A DNA stretch of 64,000 nucleotides from positions 64,046,001 to 64,110,000 of the forward strand of contig OX597820.1 in assembly GCA_951406725.2 (NCBI GenBank), in the 5' to 3' direction. Position 1 is the first letter of the stretch, and the number at the start of each line of letters is the position of its first letter. The translations under genes were made by a program, and so were the position numbers. The notes below the pieces were generated by a model that had not been told where the DNA came from, did not search any database, and saw only the letters and a list, made by a program, of their open reading frames with translations. The stretch comes from Octopus vulgaris. Lineage: Eukaryota. Below are positions 1-13,513 of the stretch, one piece after another.

Positions 1-129
1 CACTTTCATGTGCACTTATATGCGTATGTGCAATTTTGCGGACACATATCTGCATCTGTGATTTAGTGCATTAGGCATATCGAACGTAAACGTTTGCACA
101 CAGATGCACTGAATTCATAGAATGAGCCT

Positions 130-298
130 TGGAAATGCACATACATATATGTGTGTTAATGCGTCATTGTGTATACTACATAGACACACATGCACACAAG
201 CACACACACACACACACTCACACAAGCATATAGTGGCGATGTACGTCTGTGCTTGCGTATGTAATATATATACACGTTTATGTATGTGCATATGCACC

Positions 299-361
<63 letters not shown>

Positions 362-523
362 TTGACCACATAGCTGTCGCTCTCTTATATTTATATATAT
401 ATGCTTATATATGTGTGTGTGTGTGTAAGTATCTGCATGTGTTTGCGTGTGTGCACGTGTGCGTACGTATATGTATGAATATATGTGTGCATATATAGGC
501 ATTTATGCACACACATTTATATA

Positions 524-599
<76 letters not shown>

Positions 600-640
600 C
601 TTATACGCACATACGCACATATACAGATATGTATAGAACT
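130..640. repeat. Compound (CA)n/(TA)n/(AG)n/(GT)n microsatellite cluster, representative of dozens of similar clusters across the window
   Basis: Dinucleotide runs are directly visible; the ORFs here translate to YIYI/THTH/CVCV. Confidence 0.95.
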
Positions 641-1230
641 GTGAAAGTGTATATGCGCAACCGGTGTGTTTCAGAGTTTGTGATTATGTCTAGGTGAGGG
701 CTGCGGTGGGGCGAGGTAGGGTTATACAACCAGAAGAATCAAAGATAACAGAAGTACTACAGAGATGTTATCGAAGAGACACTGAAGTTACAAGCGGAAT
801 GAATAATGGAATATTATGTGAACTCCTCTCCGTTATAATAGATTTCTGATCCAATGTTTGTGCTTTATGGTGCAATATGCAATATATGTTCATTGAGATC
901 CACTGTAATTACAAATATTCTGATCCAATATGGCCTTTCACTAAATATTAAACGCAATGCTTACTTGTCATAAAACTAACTGCTAACATTTAGAAACGGA
1001 AACAGCCTTCGAAATGTAAGCATTCTTGACAATTATATGCTTATACATAGAGATACGTTTGTATGTATGGACGTATGTAGGTAAATATATATGTGTGTGT
1101 GTGTGTATGCATATTTATAAATATATACAAACATATGTATATACAGATACATATATACATACACACTCACGCACTCACACACACACATATATATATACAG
1201 AGACACTTATGCATACAGGCATAAATGTAC

Positions 1231-1282
<52 letters not shown>

Positions 1283-1311
1283 TATTTTATTAGGAACTGG
1301 AATTTCACAAG

Positions 1312-1349
1312 TCGTTACTCTCTGTTTCTTGTTTATGATCTTCAGACGA
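1312..1349 (-). ncRNA. Degenerate minimal type-I hammerhead ribozyme motif followed by a short tail ending in (TA)n
   Basis: Minus strand reads tcgt-CTGAAGA-tcataaacaa-GAAA-c-agaga-GTA-acga. Stem I (tcgt/acga) and the core are intact; stem II is decayed. It is followed by ...aataaaataag and then (TA)n. Confidence 0.45.
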
Positions 1350-2032
1350 TAAGTGCAAAAACAGAACATTATGAAGATTTTGAAATATAAATAAAAGAGA
1401 TCATTATAAGGAAAAGCTTACACTGATCGGATGAATGTTGTCCACAAAACTTAAAACCAAAGCATCCGACAAACGTAACAGATACGAAGCGTATGCAATT
1501 ATATAAATGGAAGCAAGACAATAAAGAACAGGGAACTGAGGAGTGGGTGTATGTAGAATATGGAAGCATTGAAAGAAAAGCCTTTGAAGAAGATTAAATT
1601 GAAGGGGTCTGGGATAACAAGAGATGAAGACGTGTATCAAAATAGATCAGAAAACTATGGCTAGTTTTGAAAGAGTAAACATTGAAATTATTAGAATATA
1701 TATACAGAATATATATGCGTCGGCCTTTGAATACAACCTGCACGAAATCAGTATTATACGACTCGTTTGAGGAGATATATTTAGAAAATTATGTAGAATT
1801 ATTGTTTTATTAATAATTCTTAAATTTTTCAGTTTAAAACTACGTTGAATGATACAACTTAATAAATCACAAGAAAAAAGCAAAACTGAAACAGCTGATA
1901 AGATTCTTCATTTCAGGAAAGGAATAATAGACAATACGTAGTCAATAAGTACAAGTATTTCATAGCTAATATTCAATTTATTTAATATTTTCAATATGTT
2001 TCTGCATAACAATACTTCGATGTAAACCTGCG

Positions 2033-2184
2033 ACACTTCAATGTAAACTTATCAACAATTTGGATATTTTACACTTCGATGTAAACCTATCAACAATTTG
2101 GATATTTTACACTTCGATGTAAACCTATCAACAATTTGGATATTTTACACTTCGATGTAAACCTATCAACAATTTGGATATTTT
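2033..2184. repeat. 38-bp minisatellite, 4 copies
   Basis: Unit acacttcgatgtaaacctatcaacaatttggatatttt starts at 2033, 2071, 2109 and 2147. Confidence 0.95.
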
Positions 2185-2660
2185 GTTCTTAGCTTAACTT
2201 CATTGTAATAAATACTAAAATAACTTCGTTTAAACACTATAGAAACTTGATAGAAACCATGCTTTAATAAGGGTAACACATTCTTAGAAGACTAGTGTAT
2301 TTTTAAAGAAGATGGGTTAATATTCTTCATTATCTTCATGAAGATGCATCTTTCGGATATCTAAAGAGGTTTTTCCCCTCTCTATTGGAAAAAAAATAAC
2401 GCTCCTTCAATTTATTTTCTGTCAGTCTAGTTGTTTCCTCCAAACATAGATCCGTAGACAATCTCACGCTGTAGGCTATCCCTTTTCTCAGATATTTTCT
2501 GCAAGGTGACATTTGTGTGAAACCTTGAAATTGGAGGCATGTTGCGCAATATTTAATTTTAAGTAATATTCTTTTTGAGCAGGATTTTATTATTTATCCA
2601 CACGAAAACCAAACGGGTTGAAATTAAGAAATTTAATTACTTTGTTTTTATTTGTGATTT

Positions 2661-3033
2661 ATTATCTCCGCCTTAGCAGAGGCGGGAGTATTGTTTTCAG
2701 TCGTGTTGGTTTGTTTGTTTGTTTGTCCGTGGACAATATATCTCAAGAACCACTGGATGGATTTGGATGAAACTCTCAGGGATGTTTGGTCTCATGACCG
2801 GCGCGAACTGATTATATTTTGGGATCGATCTCGTGCCGGACATGAATTCTACATTATTTTCCCGGTAGTCTTATTTAATTTTAGAGAGCGGTCGGGTTCA
2901 TTTTTAGTATTCTCGTTAGTGAGAGCAGTCGTGTTAATTTCAGACATTCTCATTTTACTAATCATCTCTGGCTAATCGTTGAGAGAACGTTAGCGTTGCC
3001 TTGACGGAGGTTTGCGCTCCCTGAGTGATCTAG
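2661..3033 (+). mobile_element. Non-autonomous Helentron/HINE (DINE-1-like) element
   Basis: 5' attatctccgcc...ggcggga hairpin/sub-TIR, internal (tttg)n, then a 3' sub-TIR gacggaggt, a small gcgctc/gagtg palindrome and ctagttt. This is the recognised HINE layout. Confidence 0.65.
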
Positions 3034-6000
3034 TTTTATTTCTTTTCTTTTTGTTTAATACATTGCCGCTGCATTTATATAGGGATTCATACCAAAAACT
3101 GTTATTGTGTAGAATCTTAAAATAGTAATGAGAGACAATATTAATATGACCTCTTATATGAATAATGAGATACACTTACTTACGTTAGAAATGAAATTAC
3201 ATGAGATTTTTAGTGGAGAATTAGAATTCTTGGTAACAAATGATTTCTTATCCATCTTGTAGGAACTTCAAATATCAATTCCTGAGCCAAATAAATAGAA
3301 AATCGTTACACTAAGATTTTTAGAAACTAAAATCATTAAGCCTATATTACCAATCAGCGTAATAAGATCATTCACAAGCAATCTCATAGAAAGCGATTTT
3401 GCGCAAAACGAAAATCGTCGACATTTTAAAGCAATCACAATCTAAGTAATTCCTCATAATTTGAAGTTATCATGCTTAGTTCATCGCCATCAACTGTACT
3501 GTACCTATTGGGACATAAGCCATCTCGTTGATTTTTTTTCTGGATACAAGATGAATTGTCTGAAAACAAGGAAAAAAAGGTATAATAGGTGGTACGCGAG
3601 CTGGTGGCTAGTTATTACAAAATAGAGAGTCAACTGTTGAGTAATCATGCCCGGATTTTAAGCATGAAGCAATAGAGAAGGTACATACAATATAAATATT
3701 TAGCATTAATTATTGTTCTTCCGCTTTACAAAGATGTTAAATTTTCTAGTCACAAGTAATCAAGTGTAGCACTATGTCATTCTTATTTTAAATTGCCTGC
3801 ATGAAACAAATATATTTCACTGAGTTAAACCTTCTGTAAAGCGTGACATTTCTTACAGATAGTTAATAATTTCAGTTTAAAATATATTCATAGAATGTGA
3901 CTTGTTTTTCTTCTTTTCCGCCATAGACCATTAATAGTTCAGGAACTGCGAGAAGCGAGACTGACTTTCTAAGATGTATAATAATTATATTAATATTGAT
4001 TTCACTTATGCGTACGTGGGTTTTTTCAATAGCTATGAAAATGAGAGATTTCAAAAGGATAAAAATCAATCAGTACGGTTGAACGAGATGAACATATAAT
4101 TTTGCTTCTCTCTCATCTTACTAATATATTTTATAACCCACATGCTATAATAGGAACAAGGACGCTCTCTTTATATTATTTTGTTTCTATATAATTAAAT
4201 CTATAAAATATTTGTTAATTCTTCGATCCGGTCTATATACTAAAGGAGATGGTAATATTTTTTAACCTCAAGGACAATGGAATTTTATGAACTGAACCCA
4301 TTTTTTTTTCTTTCTAATTTTATAAATATTGGTGCTTCCGTTGCATTGAAGTCACTTGTATGTGTTTTATCGACGTCATAAAATGTTTCTATTCTTATTG
4401 AACTCGGTAAATATTTAACGGTTCGTTTGGGAGATAGGGGATCATTTGATGTAGTTTTTACGCCATTTTCAAAGACATTATCGTGACATTTGTGTATGTG
4501 TGTGTCTCGGGAGGGGTGTTACATATGGCGTGATATGTATACTTGACAATACGTTTCTGTATGGACTTCTTCGTTGGCCAGAAATATATAACGCTATTCT
4601 TGATGTGTAATCCTAGTTCAGCTCTGTTTCAATATATTTATGGTCGATGACATTCGTGTTATGAGGATGATATCTTTCTTTTTTCATGATATCTAATCTT
4701 ACTTTATCTAATGCGTATTATCTTAGAAGGGAAAAAATATGAACTGAAAGACATTTAACGGCTATTTCAAGTTAATCGAAGAGTCATCTAGACGCTTCTT
4801 CTTTGATTCGATAAATGTAAGATCTTTGTGGCAGGCAGAAAATAAATCAAGGATTATATGAAATTATGATTAGGAAAGAGCTAATTTGAAGCCGAACGTC
4901 ACGCAGTGTAATTTTAACGATATGAACGCAAGTTTTTGCCAGTTTAATGGAAATTCTGAGAAAGGGAGACACAGAGACAGACACAGACAGACAACAGCAA
5001 GAGAATGACTGAGGGGAGGGGAGAGAGAGAGAAAGAAGAGAGAGAGAGGAGGTAATTTCTTTTATTTTAGTTTTTTGTGCGTTCCTTCCTCCAAGAAGCT
5101 AAACGTAGCTATTGTTAACAAAGCTTTTTAACATTGGTTGGTACGCTGAGTATCCGTTCTCCTTACTCACAAACTTGAAAAACCCACTATTTTTATCCGT
5201 AATTACAGAGTACAATAATTTGTTCTCGTTGAGTATATTTTTGTTTCGGAATTCGTTTTGAATGGTAAGTCATTATATTTATCTATTTAGAATTTTACTC
5301 GAATGACAAGTTATCTTGATATATGTTTACAATATAACAGGTTATACGAAAACTTAAATCAGTGAGACCAGAAATGAAATGCCATAGAAATACATTCGTT
5401 TTCTGATATTAATGATTATAATTGTTCGCAGTATGATATTCACAAGCCAGCAAAAGGAATCTCTATATGGCTAAATAGCTTGCAGCAATTACAACCATAT
5501 ATTCGCCTTCACATAATGCTTTTCTCTCTTAAAATGGATAAATGTTATAGATAATCTTGAACATAACTATCACAGAAAAAAAATAAAATAAAACAGAAAT
5601 GACAGAAAGAATGGTCGGAATTTTCATGTCAGTCGATAGATATTTGTCACAGTGAAATATATGTATTTTTGGCAAGAAGTGTGGACGACAACGCTGAACG
5701 GTAAAGACCACAACATTGCATGAAACAAGTTCTAAACTTCATAGAAATATGTTTTCCAAAATACTCACATAATCACAATCAAACAACATGTACAAATATA
5801 ACAAAAGTACACAACATTAAAAAAAAAAACAAATAAATTTTTATAAAGTATTCAAAAAGTAACATAAGATAAGTTTATTGCCTTTTTTCATCTCAAAGGT
5901 CCGCTAAGAATAACGCTTTAAAATTTTTCACAAGTGAAAATATAGCATGTAAACATGACAGATTAAAAAAAAAAAACGCATATATTTCGACACAATGTTA

Positions 6001-6369
6001 CTAACTACGCAAAAACACCTTTATGGAACAAAAAATATTTACATCTGAGATAAGAGATACATTCACGTCGCAAATAATTATGAAAACATTTGAGAAACAT
6101 AACAGAGTCTTATAAATATGTCTAGATTCATCTACATAATGGTAAATTCTATCCCAGTCGAGGGCGCTTGACAATACACATGAAATTATGCATGCTGTAT
6201 ACAGTTCTCACGAAGACGAGACTACTGAATATTGTAAATGTATGGTTATCAAAATACAGACAAACTACATAAAACAGGTTAATAATTACGCATGCACACA
6301 TATATACATGGATATACACTCACGCGCGCCCATACACATACATATACACAAACACATATCGTCAACTTG

Positions 6370-6560
6370 AAAAACAGAAAAAAGGAGAAAAACAAACGTT
6401 GGGGCATCGCGCAAGCAATGTATTAGTATGACACTCAGAGACGGAAGGGAGTAGTTGTTTTACGTTTCGAACATAACTCTTATTCGGAAACAGGAAAAAC
6501 AGGAGAGTCCAAAGGGAAAGAAGGAAGAATGAGAGAAAATCTCCGACAGTCTATGTAGCC
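6370..6560 (-). mobile_element. Old Penelope pLTR fragment with a decayed hammerhead (6457-6491)
   Basis: Minus strand reads gttt-CCGAATA-A-GAG-ttatg-TTC-GAAA-C-GTA-aaac. Downstream 'atactaatac' also occurs in the 27.6-kb copy. Confidence 0.45.
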
Positions 6561-6706
6561 TCTACCGTCTCAAATTCCAATCCATTGAGCACTTCAAAGT
6601 GCATTCTATATAGAGAACACTTGTCTCTAATCTATATATATATTGTTCAAATATCTTGAGCACATTGAAATATGTTCCATTCCATATAGACGACACCTCT
6701 CTCTAA

Positions 6707-6746
<40 letters not shown>

Positions 6747-6940
6747 CTAGAGAGAGGTTCGAGAAACGAACGAAAGCGCTAATGAGAAAGAAACAAAAAG
6801 ATTTTTTCTGAAAATTCTGACGACTCTTTTTCTCAATATTCAATTTCTGTACACCACACGTAACACTCTACACAAACACACGCACACACACGCACACACA
6901 CGCACGAACACACACACACACACACAAATATATATATATA

Positions 6941-7205
6941 TATAATATTAATTAGAGACAAAACCACTATTTTGCAAAACAAACAAGGAAAGACTTAATC
7001 AATACATAAAATTTTAATAAAAAGTTATTTTTTATTTTTTACTTTTTATTATAATTTTATGTATTGATTAAGTCTTTCCTTGTTTGTTTTGCAAAGTAGT
7101 GGTTTTGTCTCTAATTAATATTATATAATATTTTACTATAAAATTGGATTTAATCCTGAATCTGATTTTTTTCCCTGTAAACTTGGATTTATTCCCTAAT
7201 ATTTA
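6941..7205. mobile_element. (TA)n-flanked fold-back element (arms ~6941-7025 and ~7041-7125); same family as 53268-54325 and 26855-27030
   Basis: attagagacaaaaccactattttgcaaaacaaacaaggaaagacttaatcaatac is mirrored by its reverse complement; the right arm continues to ...ggatttattccctaatat and then (TA)n. Confidence 0.85.
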
Positions 7206-7206
7206 T

Positions 7207-7311
<105 letters not shown>

Positions 7312-7349
7312 TATATAGATTTATATATACATATATATATAAATACATA

Positions 7350-7600
7350 TTCTTTTATTCTTCTATTCTTTCATGTGTTTCAGTCATTTACTGCGGGCAT
7401 GCTGGACTACTGCCATAAACGTTTCTTTAATCGAAGATATCGACCCCAGGACTTAATCTTTGTAAGCTTAGTACTTATTCTATCGGTTTCTTTTGCTGAA
7501 CCACTTAGTTACGGACACGTAAGCACACCAACATCTGTTGTCGAGCTATACTGGGGGGGGGGGGACAAACAGACGCAAAGACATGTATATATATATTTGA
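7350..7600 (-). mobile_element. tRNA/CORE-type SINE family A, 3' half
   Basis: tttcagtcattt...atcgaccccaggactt...agtacttattctatcgg matches the copies at 32.1 and 38.0 kb. Confidence 0.85.
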
Positions 7601-8850
7601 ATGTATTATATATATTATACACATATATACATATACACACACGCATATATATATATATATATACGTTAATTATAAACAAAGAAAAGGCTGACACCAACTT
7701 CGAATTCTCGGCTTCTTCGCTGACATGATTAAACGTTTACTATTCTCCACAGGTGTAACCATCCCGCTAGTTTACACACCAAACTAAAATCCATTAACAG
7801 TCATTCAGTTATTGAAATAAAGTAAGTGAACGATCAGCCAATATGCTAAATGCGTGATGGTTTGCAAATAATGAAATAATAGAAGGCTAAAACCTAATAT
7901 CCTTTGCGACGTAAACAATCCATACTAAAACATATACAGACCACACGAAGCCAAATATAAAACATTCCCACAGGCAGTTAACTGCAATTACTTGGAAAAC
8001 CGAGTGCCATATTCGATGTAACATCATCGGTTATAATAGGTGCACTTCTATGAAGAAAACGAAGGCTTTTATATGCTTACAAAAGCTCACAGAAAATCTT
8101 CAACCAAGACACGAAATCAGTTGGCAGTATTCAATACCATCAAAATGAACAAAACAGTATTTCAGTACGTATATATTAAAATCAAAGGGAAAGAAAATGG
8201 TTATAGATGCATCTAAAGTACATATCCCACTGGTAACATAAAATATACATCAATTACACTTCAGAAATAGACAACATTATAAAGGACAGTAACAACCCCA
8301 AACATTGAACACCAGTACATAACCGAAATAAAAAGCAGCATCGAAAAGCTAAATAACGAAAAACGGAAAATATATCCCCGAAAACTAGATATAACGTGTC
8401 CCTAATATAAACTAAAAACAAAAGGAGAAAACCCATATACAGCCGCGGGAAAAAGTACTTATACAGTTGTTTAATGAATAGAATGTTCTTTTCATTTCTC
8501 TATTTCTTTTTTTTTTTTTTTTGGATAAGAATTCTAAGAACATTCTACTCATATTAAGTAACTGCATAGCTACTTTGCCCATTCCTGTAGAGACCAATTT
8601 GCGTCATCAGGAAAAACGACAGCACAACACCCACTGACACAATAGCAAGAATGATGACGTACGCAGAAATCAATATCATATCTTCTGCGAATGATATAAG
8701 AAATTTAAGCACAAAACGAACAATGCATATCTAAACAACGATAAACAAGGGTTTTGATCTATTCCTTCCATGAAATACTTCAATAAAATTGCACACATGT
8801 GTTTAAAAATAAATAACTAAAGTCATACACATCTACGAGTATAGACAGGT

Positions 8851-8992
8851 ACAGGCGTACCTGTGTGATAAGAAGCTTGATTTCCAACCACATAGTGCTG
8901 GGTTCAGTCCCACTGTATAGCTCCTTGGGTAAGTGTCTTCTACTACAGTCTTGTGAGTAGATTTGGTAGACGGAAACTGGAAGACGCCTCTC

Positions 8993-9066
<74 letters not shown>

Positions 9067-9215
9067 ATCCCCGTAACTTATCGTTTCGGCGAAGAACACC
9101 GATAGAATAAGTACTATGCTTAGAAAGAATACGTCTCTTTCGACTAAACCCCTTTACAGGCAGTGCTCCAGTATGGCTGCAATCAAATGACTGAATCAAG
9201 TAAAAGAATAATAAA
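8851..9215 (+). mobile_element. SINE family A, near full length, with internal (TA)n(TG)n
   Basis: tRNA-like head (ggttcagtcccactg), CORE-like ccttgggtaagtgtcttctact, and tail gtgctccagtatggctgcaatcaaatgactgaa. Confidence 0.85.
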
Positions 9216-9480
9216 TAGTACTATTTTCAAATTCAGAGAGTATTGATGCAGAAGTGATTTCTGAGAATTCTGAGCGCAACGGACGCAGTATAATGACATG
9301 TCAGGCATCCAGTAAAAACACACTTGAAGATGCGGAATGTTCCATGCTGGACATCAATCCTTAAACGCCTCTCCCAGTCACAAGACGGATTCGGATCATA
9401 CAGCTTAATCTCAATACAATGTACGGAAGTAAAAACAAAAATATATAACATCAATAAGAAGATTATTCCAGCCGTATCGT

Positions 9481-9800
9481 TCAGCTGCCATCGATATCAG
9501 TAAAGCTTAATACTCCGTCCTCCATTATTGACTCATAAAAAAAAAAAAAACTACACTCATCGCCACATTAAATATCAACACAAAACACTCGGTACCGAAA
9601 TATTCGTCAGTTCAATCAGCCTATATTACTTGTTCAGCAGCAACGCTTTCTGAAGATGGAATATTTCGATCGGCCTACCACAGGAATCCTCCTCCTTACA
9701 CCATCTTTCCAACTTAAATATGCAGCATCTTGACTTTTCATCAACAGCGGTTGAAAATATAATCACAGATTCATACGTAAATGACAACAAGCTCACAACA
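9481..9800 (+). pseudogene. Highly degenerate non-LTR retrotransposon reverse transcriptase remnant
   Basis: Three motifs in the correct order: AAIDISKA*YSV (DxSKAFDxV), GLPQESS..HLSNLNMQHL (GVPQGS.LSP.LFN) and SYVNDNKL (YADD). Confidence 0.6.
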
Positions 9801-9870
9801 TTATGCTATTTTCTAGGAAGATGAAAAGCACAACAAAAACCTTACATAAGTTAATCGAAAACCTGTCAAC

Positions 9871-10262
9871 TGAAGAAGAAGAAGAAGAAGAAGAAGAAGA
9901 AGAAGAAGAAGAAGAAGAAGCGAAAAAGAAAGAGGAGGAGAAAGAGAAGGAGGTGAAAAAGAAACAGGAGGAGGAGAAAAGAAGAAGAAGCGAAAAAGAA
10001 AGAGGAGGAGAAAGAGAAGGAGGTGAAAAAGAAACAGGAGGAGGAGAAAAGAAGAAGAAGAAGAAGAAGAAGAAGAAGAAGAATAGGAAGAAGACGAAGA
10101 AGAAGGAGAAGAGGAGGAGGGGTGGTGAAAAAGGAAGAAGAGGAGAAAGAGAAGGAGGTGAAGAAGAAGCAGGAGGAGGAGAAAAGAAGAAAAAGACGAA
10201 GAAGAAGAAGAAGACGGCAAAGAAGGCGGCGAAGAGACGACGAAGTAGGAGAAGACGAAGAA
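9871..10262 (+). repeat. Polypurine (GAA/GGA) low-complexity tract with a 70-bp higher-order duplication
   Basis: cgaaaaagaaagaggaggagaaagagaaggaggtgaaaaagaaacaggaggaggag occurs at 9921 and 9991. Confidence 0.9.
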
Positions 10263-11124
10263 GGGTCGTTAAGAGTGGAATGCTTTTTTTTTATCATAGC
10301 TTTTCTGCATGCTTGATCGGGAATGAAATGGGTTTAAACAATAGAAATAAATAAATATATAGATAACGTGATGGTCCTTTAGAAGTCTGTGTAATGTAAC
10401 CATTGCTTACATCTTTTAATTTCACTTCCTATTCACGGCAAATATTCATGGCAGATTAACACTAGTAAAACCAATAAAACAGCGTTTTTGCCATCCAATA
10501 AAATAGTGTTTTCGGTGTTATAGTAGTAGTAGAAGCAGCAGCAGTTGTAGTGGTGGTGATAATGGTGGTAGTAGTGGTGATGGTAGTAGCCTTTACTGCC
10601 GCAGAAGCAATTTTCGTAGAACTTGTTATTGCTGTTGCTCTAGTAGTAGTAGTAGTAGTAGTAGTAGTAGCAAGTGACTAGAAAGGAAGGAAGGATATAG
10701 GTGACGAATAGAGGGAAGGAAACAGTAAGGAATGCACGGTGCTGACTAGAAAGGAAGGCAGGATGAAGGTGACGAATAGAAGAGAGTGGTGATATTTAGG
10801 AGAGATGACCCGCTAGTTGTTCCTCTTCGATTACTATCGCAAACAGCAGTAGCTATCTCCAACCGAATACACGTCGTTGATTGATTGAAATTACCCAAAT
10901 ACGACAACTTTAGCACAAAATAACTTCTAAAATAGGAAATTTTGTCAACAATCTTTTAGAGTAAACCGTGTTCTACGTGAGAAATTCCAACAGTATTCGA
11001 AGTTTGAAACTGTTTAGTTAAAAAAAATAATTCAAAAATCTGTGATTGAGATGGAATAGATCCAGCCTTTGTTATTGCTGCTGCTGTAGCAGTATTATTA
11101 TCATTATTATTATTATTATTCTTT

Positions 11125-11520
11125 TTTTTTTCTTCTTTCAAATTTGCTTCCATTTCTTGCCGAGTGTCTTCCCGACTCATAGGGCAAAGAAACTCATAAG
11201 TATACATTGATAGGCCATTAAACCAAACTCAGTAGTTCGTTCATTAAAAAAATTTTTTTTTTTTTTTTTAAGTTAAATTAAAATACGTGAGCAGCAACAG
11301 TTCTCACATCGACAATGCTCTTCTCAATACGTGTGATGTACCAGTTAAGACAATCTTTTGCACTTCTTGCAGGGATGGTAAGCCAGGGATCATTCTCATA
11401 TAATTTTCGGTTCCCTTCTTGATCATTCCTAGTGCTCCTACGATCACTGGTATTGTAACCGCCTTTAGATGCCATATTTCAATGAGCCAGTCTTTATATT
11501 TTCTGAGCTTGTCAAACTTT
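11125..11520 (-). mobile_element. R4/Dong-like (RLE-type) non-LTR retrotransposon 3' end within (TAA)n
   Basis: KYKDWLIEIWHLKAVTIPVIVGALGMIKK...LQEVQKIVLTGTSHVLRRALSM is the typical C-terminus of the restriction-like endonuclease; (ATT)n lies on both sides. Confidence 0.8.
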
Positions 11521-11576
11521 ATTATTATTATTATTATCAAACTTTATTATTATTATTATTATCATTATTATTATTA

Positions 11577-11664
<88 letters not shown>

Positions 11665-11740
11665 CGATCTTTGTGGTGGTGGTGGTGGTGGTGGTGGTAG
11701 TAGTAGTAGTAGTGGTAGTAGTAGTAGTAGTAGTAGTAAT
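11521..11740. repeat. Compound (ATT)n(AGT)n(GGT)n trinucleotide microsatellite
   Basis: Directly visible. Confidence 0.95.
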
Positions 11741-12153
11741 ATTTGTAGCAGCCTTAGAAGAGGGAGCAATGCTGGCGGTGATTTTAGTAGTAAAGGTATT
11801 ATAATTAAATGTAGCATCAACACCTTCATCATTATTATCATTACTAACAACACGACTGGAGAAGCAGCAGCAGCAGGAGTAGTAGATTAGTAGTAGTGTC
11901 AGCAGCAGGAGTAGTAGTAGTAGTAGTATTGGTAGTAAGAAAATGAATTTCGTAAAGCAGGGTGTGAAGCGCAAACACAGAAGATTAACAGACTGACGAG
12001 AAGAAAGACTAATTAAGGTTAATTAATTAAGCAGCATGATAGACGAGTTTGAAAATGGGATTTAATTAAGAAAATCAAGAAAAAGCTTTCTAATGAAGAA
12101 GGAAGAGAAGGGTTCTCAAGAGAAGATGAAAACCTCCATTCTACTTTGAACTT

Positions 12154-12211
<58 letters not shown>

Positions 12212-12240
12212 GTATGCATGTACGTATGTATATACATATG

Positions 12241-12299
<59 letters not shown>

Positions 12300-12509
12300 A
12301 TATGTGTGTGTGTGTGTGTGTGTGTAGAAACACACAAACATGCACACACATGCACGCAGACACAAGCATATATCTATCTATGTACGTGTGTTTCTAAGTC
12401 CGTATGAATGTATGTACGATTATATGTATGCATGAATGTTGGTATTTACGTATGTAACTAGCTCTGCGTATTTTTTTCTTTTTCGCATATATAATTAAAT
12501 TACGCATAA

Positions 12510-13470
12510 GGCGGCGAGCTGGCAGAAACGCAAGCACGTCGGGCGAAATGCTTAGCCGTATTTCGTCTGTCGTTATGTTGTGAGTTCAAATTCCGCCGAG
12601 GTCGACTTTGCCATTCATCCTTTCGGGGTCGATAAATTTAGTACCAGTTACGCACTGGGGTCGATGTAATCGACTTAATACTTATGTCTGTCCTTGTTTG
12701 TTCCCTCTATGTTTAGCCAATTAGTGGTTAATAAAGAAATAGGTATTTCGTATGCCGTTACGTTCTGCGTTCAAATCCCACCTAGGTCGACTTTGCCTTT
12801 CATCCTTTCGGAGTCGATTAAATAAGTACCAGTTACGCACTGAGGTCGATATAATCGACTTAATCCATTTGTCTGTCCTTGTTTGTCCCTTCTGTGTTTA
12901 GTCCCTTGTGAGTTGTAAAGAAATAGGTATTTCATCTTTATTTAAAGGCGGCGAGCTGGCAGAAACGTTAGCACGCCGGACGAAATGTTTAGCGGAACTA
13001 ATCGGGATCGATTACATAAGTACCAGTTACGCACAGGGGACGATGTAATCAACTTATTCCGTTTGTCTGTCCTTGTTTGTCCTCACTGTGTGTAGCTCCT
13101 TGTGGGCAGTAAAGAAATAGGTATTTCGTCTGTAGCTACCTTCTGAGTCCAAATTCTGCCGAGGTCGACTTTGCCTTTCATCCTTTCGGGGTCGATTAAG
13201 TAACTACCAGTTACGCACTGGGGTCGATATAATCTACTTAATACGTTTGTCTCTCCTTGTTTGTCCTCTCTGTGTTTAACCCCTTGTGGGTAGTAAAGAA
13301 ATAGGTATTTTGTTTGCTGGTACGTTCTGAGTTCAGATTCCGCCGAAGTCGACTTTGCCTTTCATCCTCTCGGGATCGATAAAATTAGTACCAGTTAGGC
13401 ACTGAGGTCGATGTAATCGACTAAATCCTTTCGTCCAAATTTGAGGCCTTGCGCTTGCAGTAGAAAGATT
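12510..13470 (+). mobile_element. Tandem array of SINE family B units (~185-bp period)
   Basis: Head ggcggcgagctggcagaaacg at ~12510 and ~12947; the body gagttcaaattccgccgaggtcgactttgcctttcatcctttcggggtcgat recurs at ~12582, 12767, 13145 and 13329. Confidence 0.9.
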
Positions 13471-13513
13471 TATTATTATTATTGTTATTGTTGTTGTTGT
13501 TATTATTAGCATT

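Noticed and set aside
2033-2184. 38-bp and 39-bp (50509-50706) repeats as possible CRISPR arrays
   Set aside because: The units are contiguous with no unique spacers, there are no cas genes, and the context is eukaryotic.
9803-10354. 183-aa E/K-rich ORF
   Set aside because: It is a product of the GAA/GGA tract.
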